This document shows positions 35,874 to 36,097 of a DNA stretch of 36,097 bases, piece after piece. A model generated the notes under the pieces. The model was not told where the DNA came from. It searched no databases and worked only from the letters and a program-made list of their open reading frames with translations. The position numbers and the translations under genes were made by a program. The stretch comes from a virus (Duplodnaviria > Caudoviricetes), in the IMG/VR virus record IMGVR_UViG_3300013110_000030, positions 1 to 36,097 of that record. One strand, given 5' to 3'. Every line of letters starts with the position of its first letter. Within the stretch, counting starts at the first letter, position 1.

Positions 35874-36068
35874 CGTTAATATTAACGTCCCTCTCGGGAC
35901 GAGTGTACACTTAAATTATCTCGTGTAAACGTCTTTACACTTACTAGTATGCTCATAAGGCACAAGTGCCTATAACCTAGGGAACTCAATCCTCGTAATT
36001 TTGCTGAGAAAATTTTGAGTTGCAATGCAATAGAACAACAACCCCCTATGTCCCCCTGCCTACCCCCT
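35874..36068. repeat. cluster of palindromes/hairpins and three phased CCCCCT repeats
   Basis: CGTTAATATTAACG, CGTCCC-tctc-GGGACG, AGTGTACACT, GTGTAAA-cgtc-TTTACAC, TACTAGTA, AGGCAC-aa-GTGCCT; CCCCCT at 36042, 36052 and 36063. Confidence 0.75.
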
Positions 36069-36097
36069 AGTTGTATTGGCGTCTTCGACGAGGTGTA

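Overview
The window is most of a lytic podovirus genome. Gene content and order resemble the Zobellviridae type (VpV262/PA11/ICP2/RIO-1-like), judged from recall of those genomes and not from a database search. It has two convergent arms that meet at a terminator at about 12335-12360. The + arm (1-12332) carries small early/middle ORFs, a T7-type primase-helicase, a phage ECF-type sigma factor, a family A DNA polymerase, an SSB-like protein, a 5'-3' exonuclease, two HNH nucleases, DUF3310, a DnaQ-like exonuclease, class I ribonucleotide reductase (nrdB, nrdA) and a PagP-like outer-membrane barrel. The - arm (35858-12371) carries two tail-fibre+chaperone cassettes flanking the putative small terminase, then terL, portal, scaffold, major capsid, tail tubular A/B, a GNAT protein, internal virion proteins, a lysis cassette and a LamG protein. 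No RNA polymerase, integrase, tRNA or CRISPR array was seen. The main observations are: (1) an identical GGGACT-N16-ATATATTA element in two intergenic regions, a candidate promoter for the phage sigma factor; (2) the DNA polymerase frame extends 37 codons upstream of its first ATG with no canonical start codon, implying an AUA start or a frameshift from the sigma gene; (3) a duplicated, probably branched, tail-fibre system interleaved with the terminase genes; (4) three tandem small proteins sharing a C-terminal motif; (5) the PagP-like barrel; (6) a lysis cassette with no evident spanin. Several short ORFs missing from the supplied track were added by manual translation.
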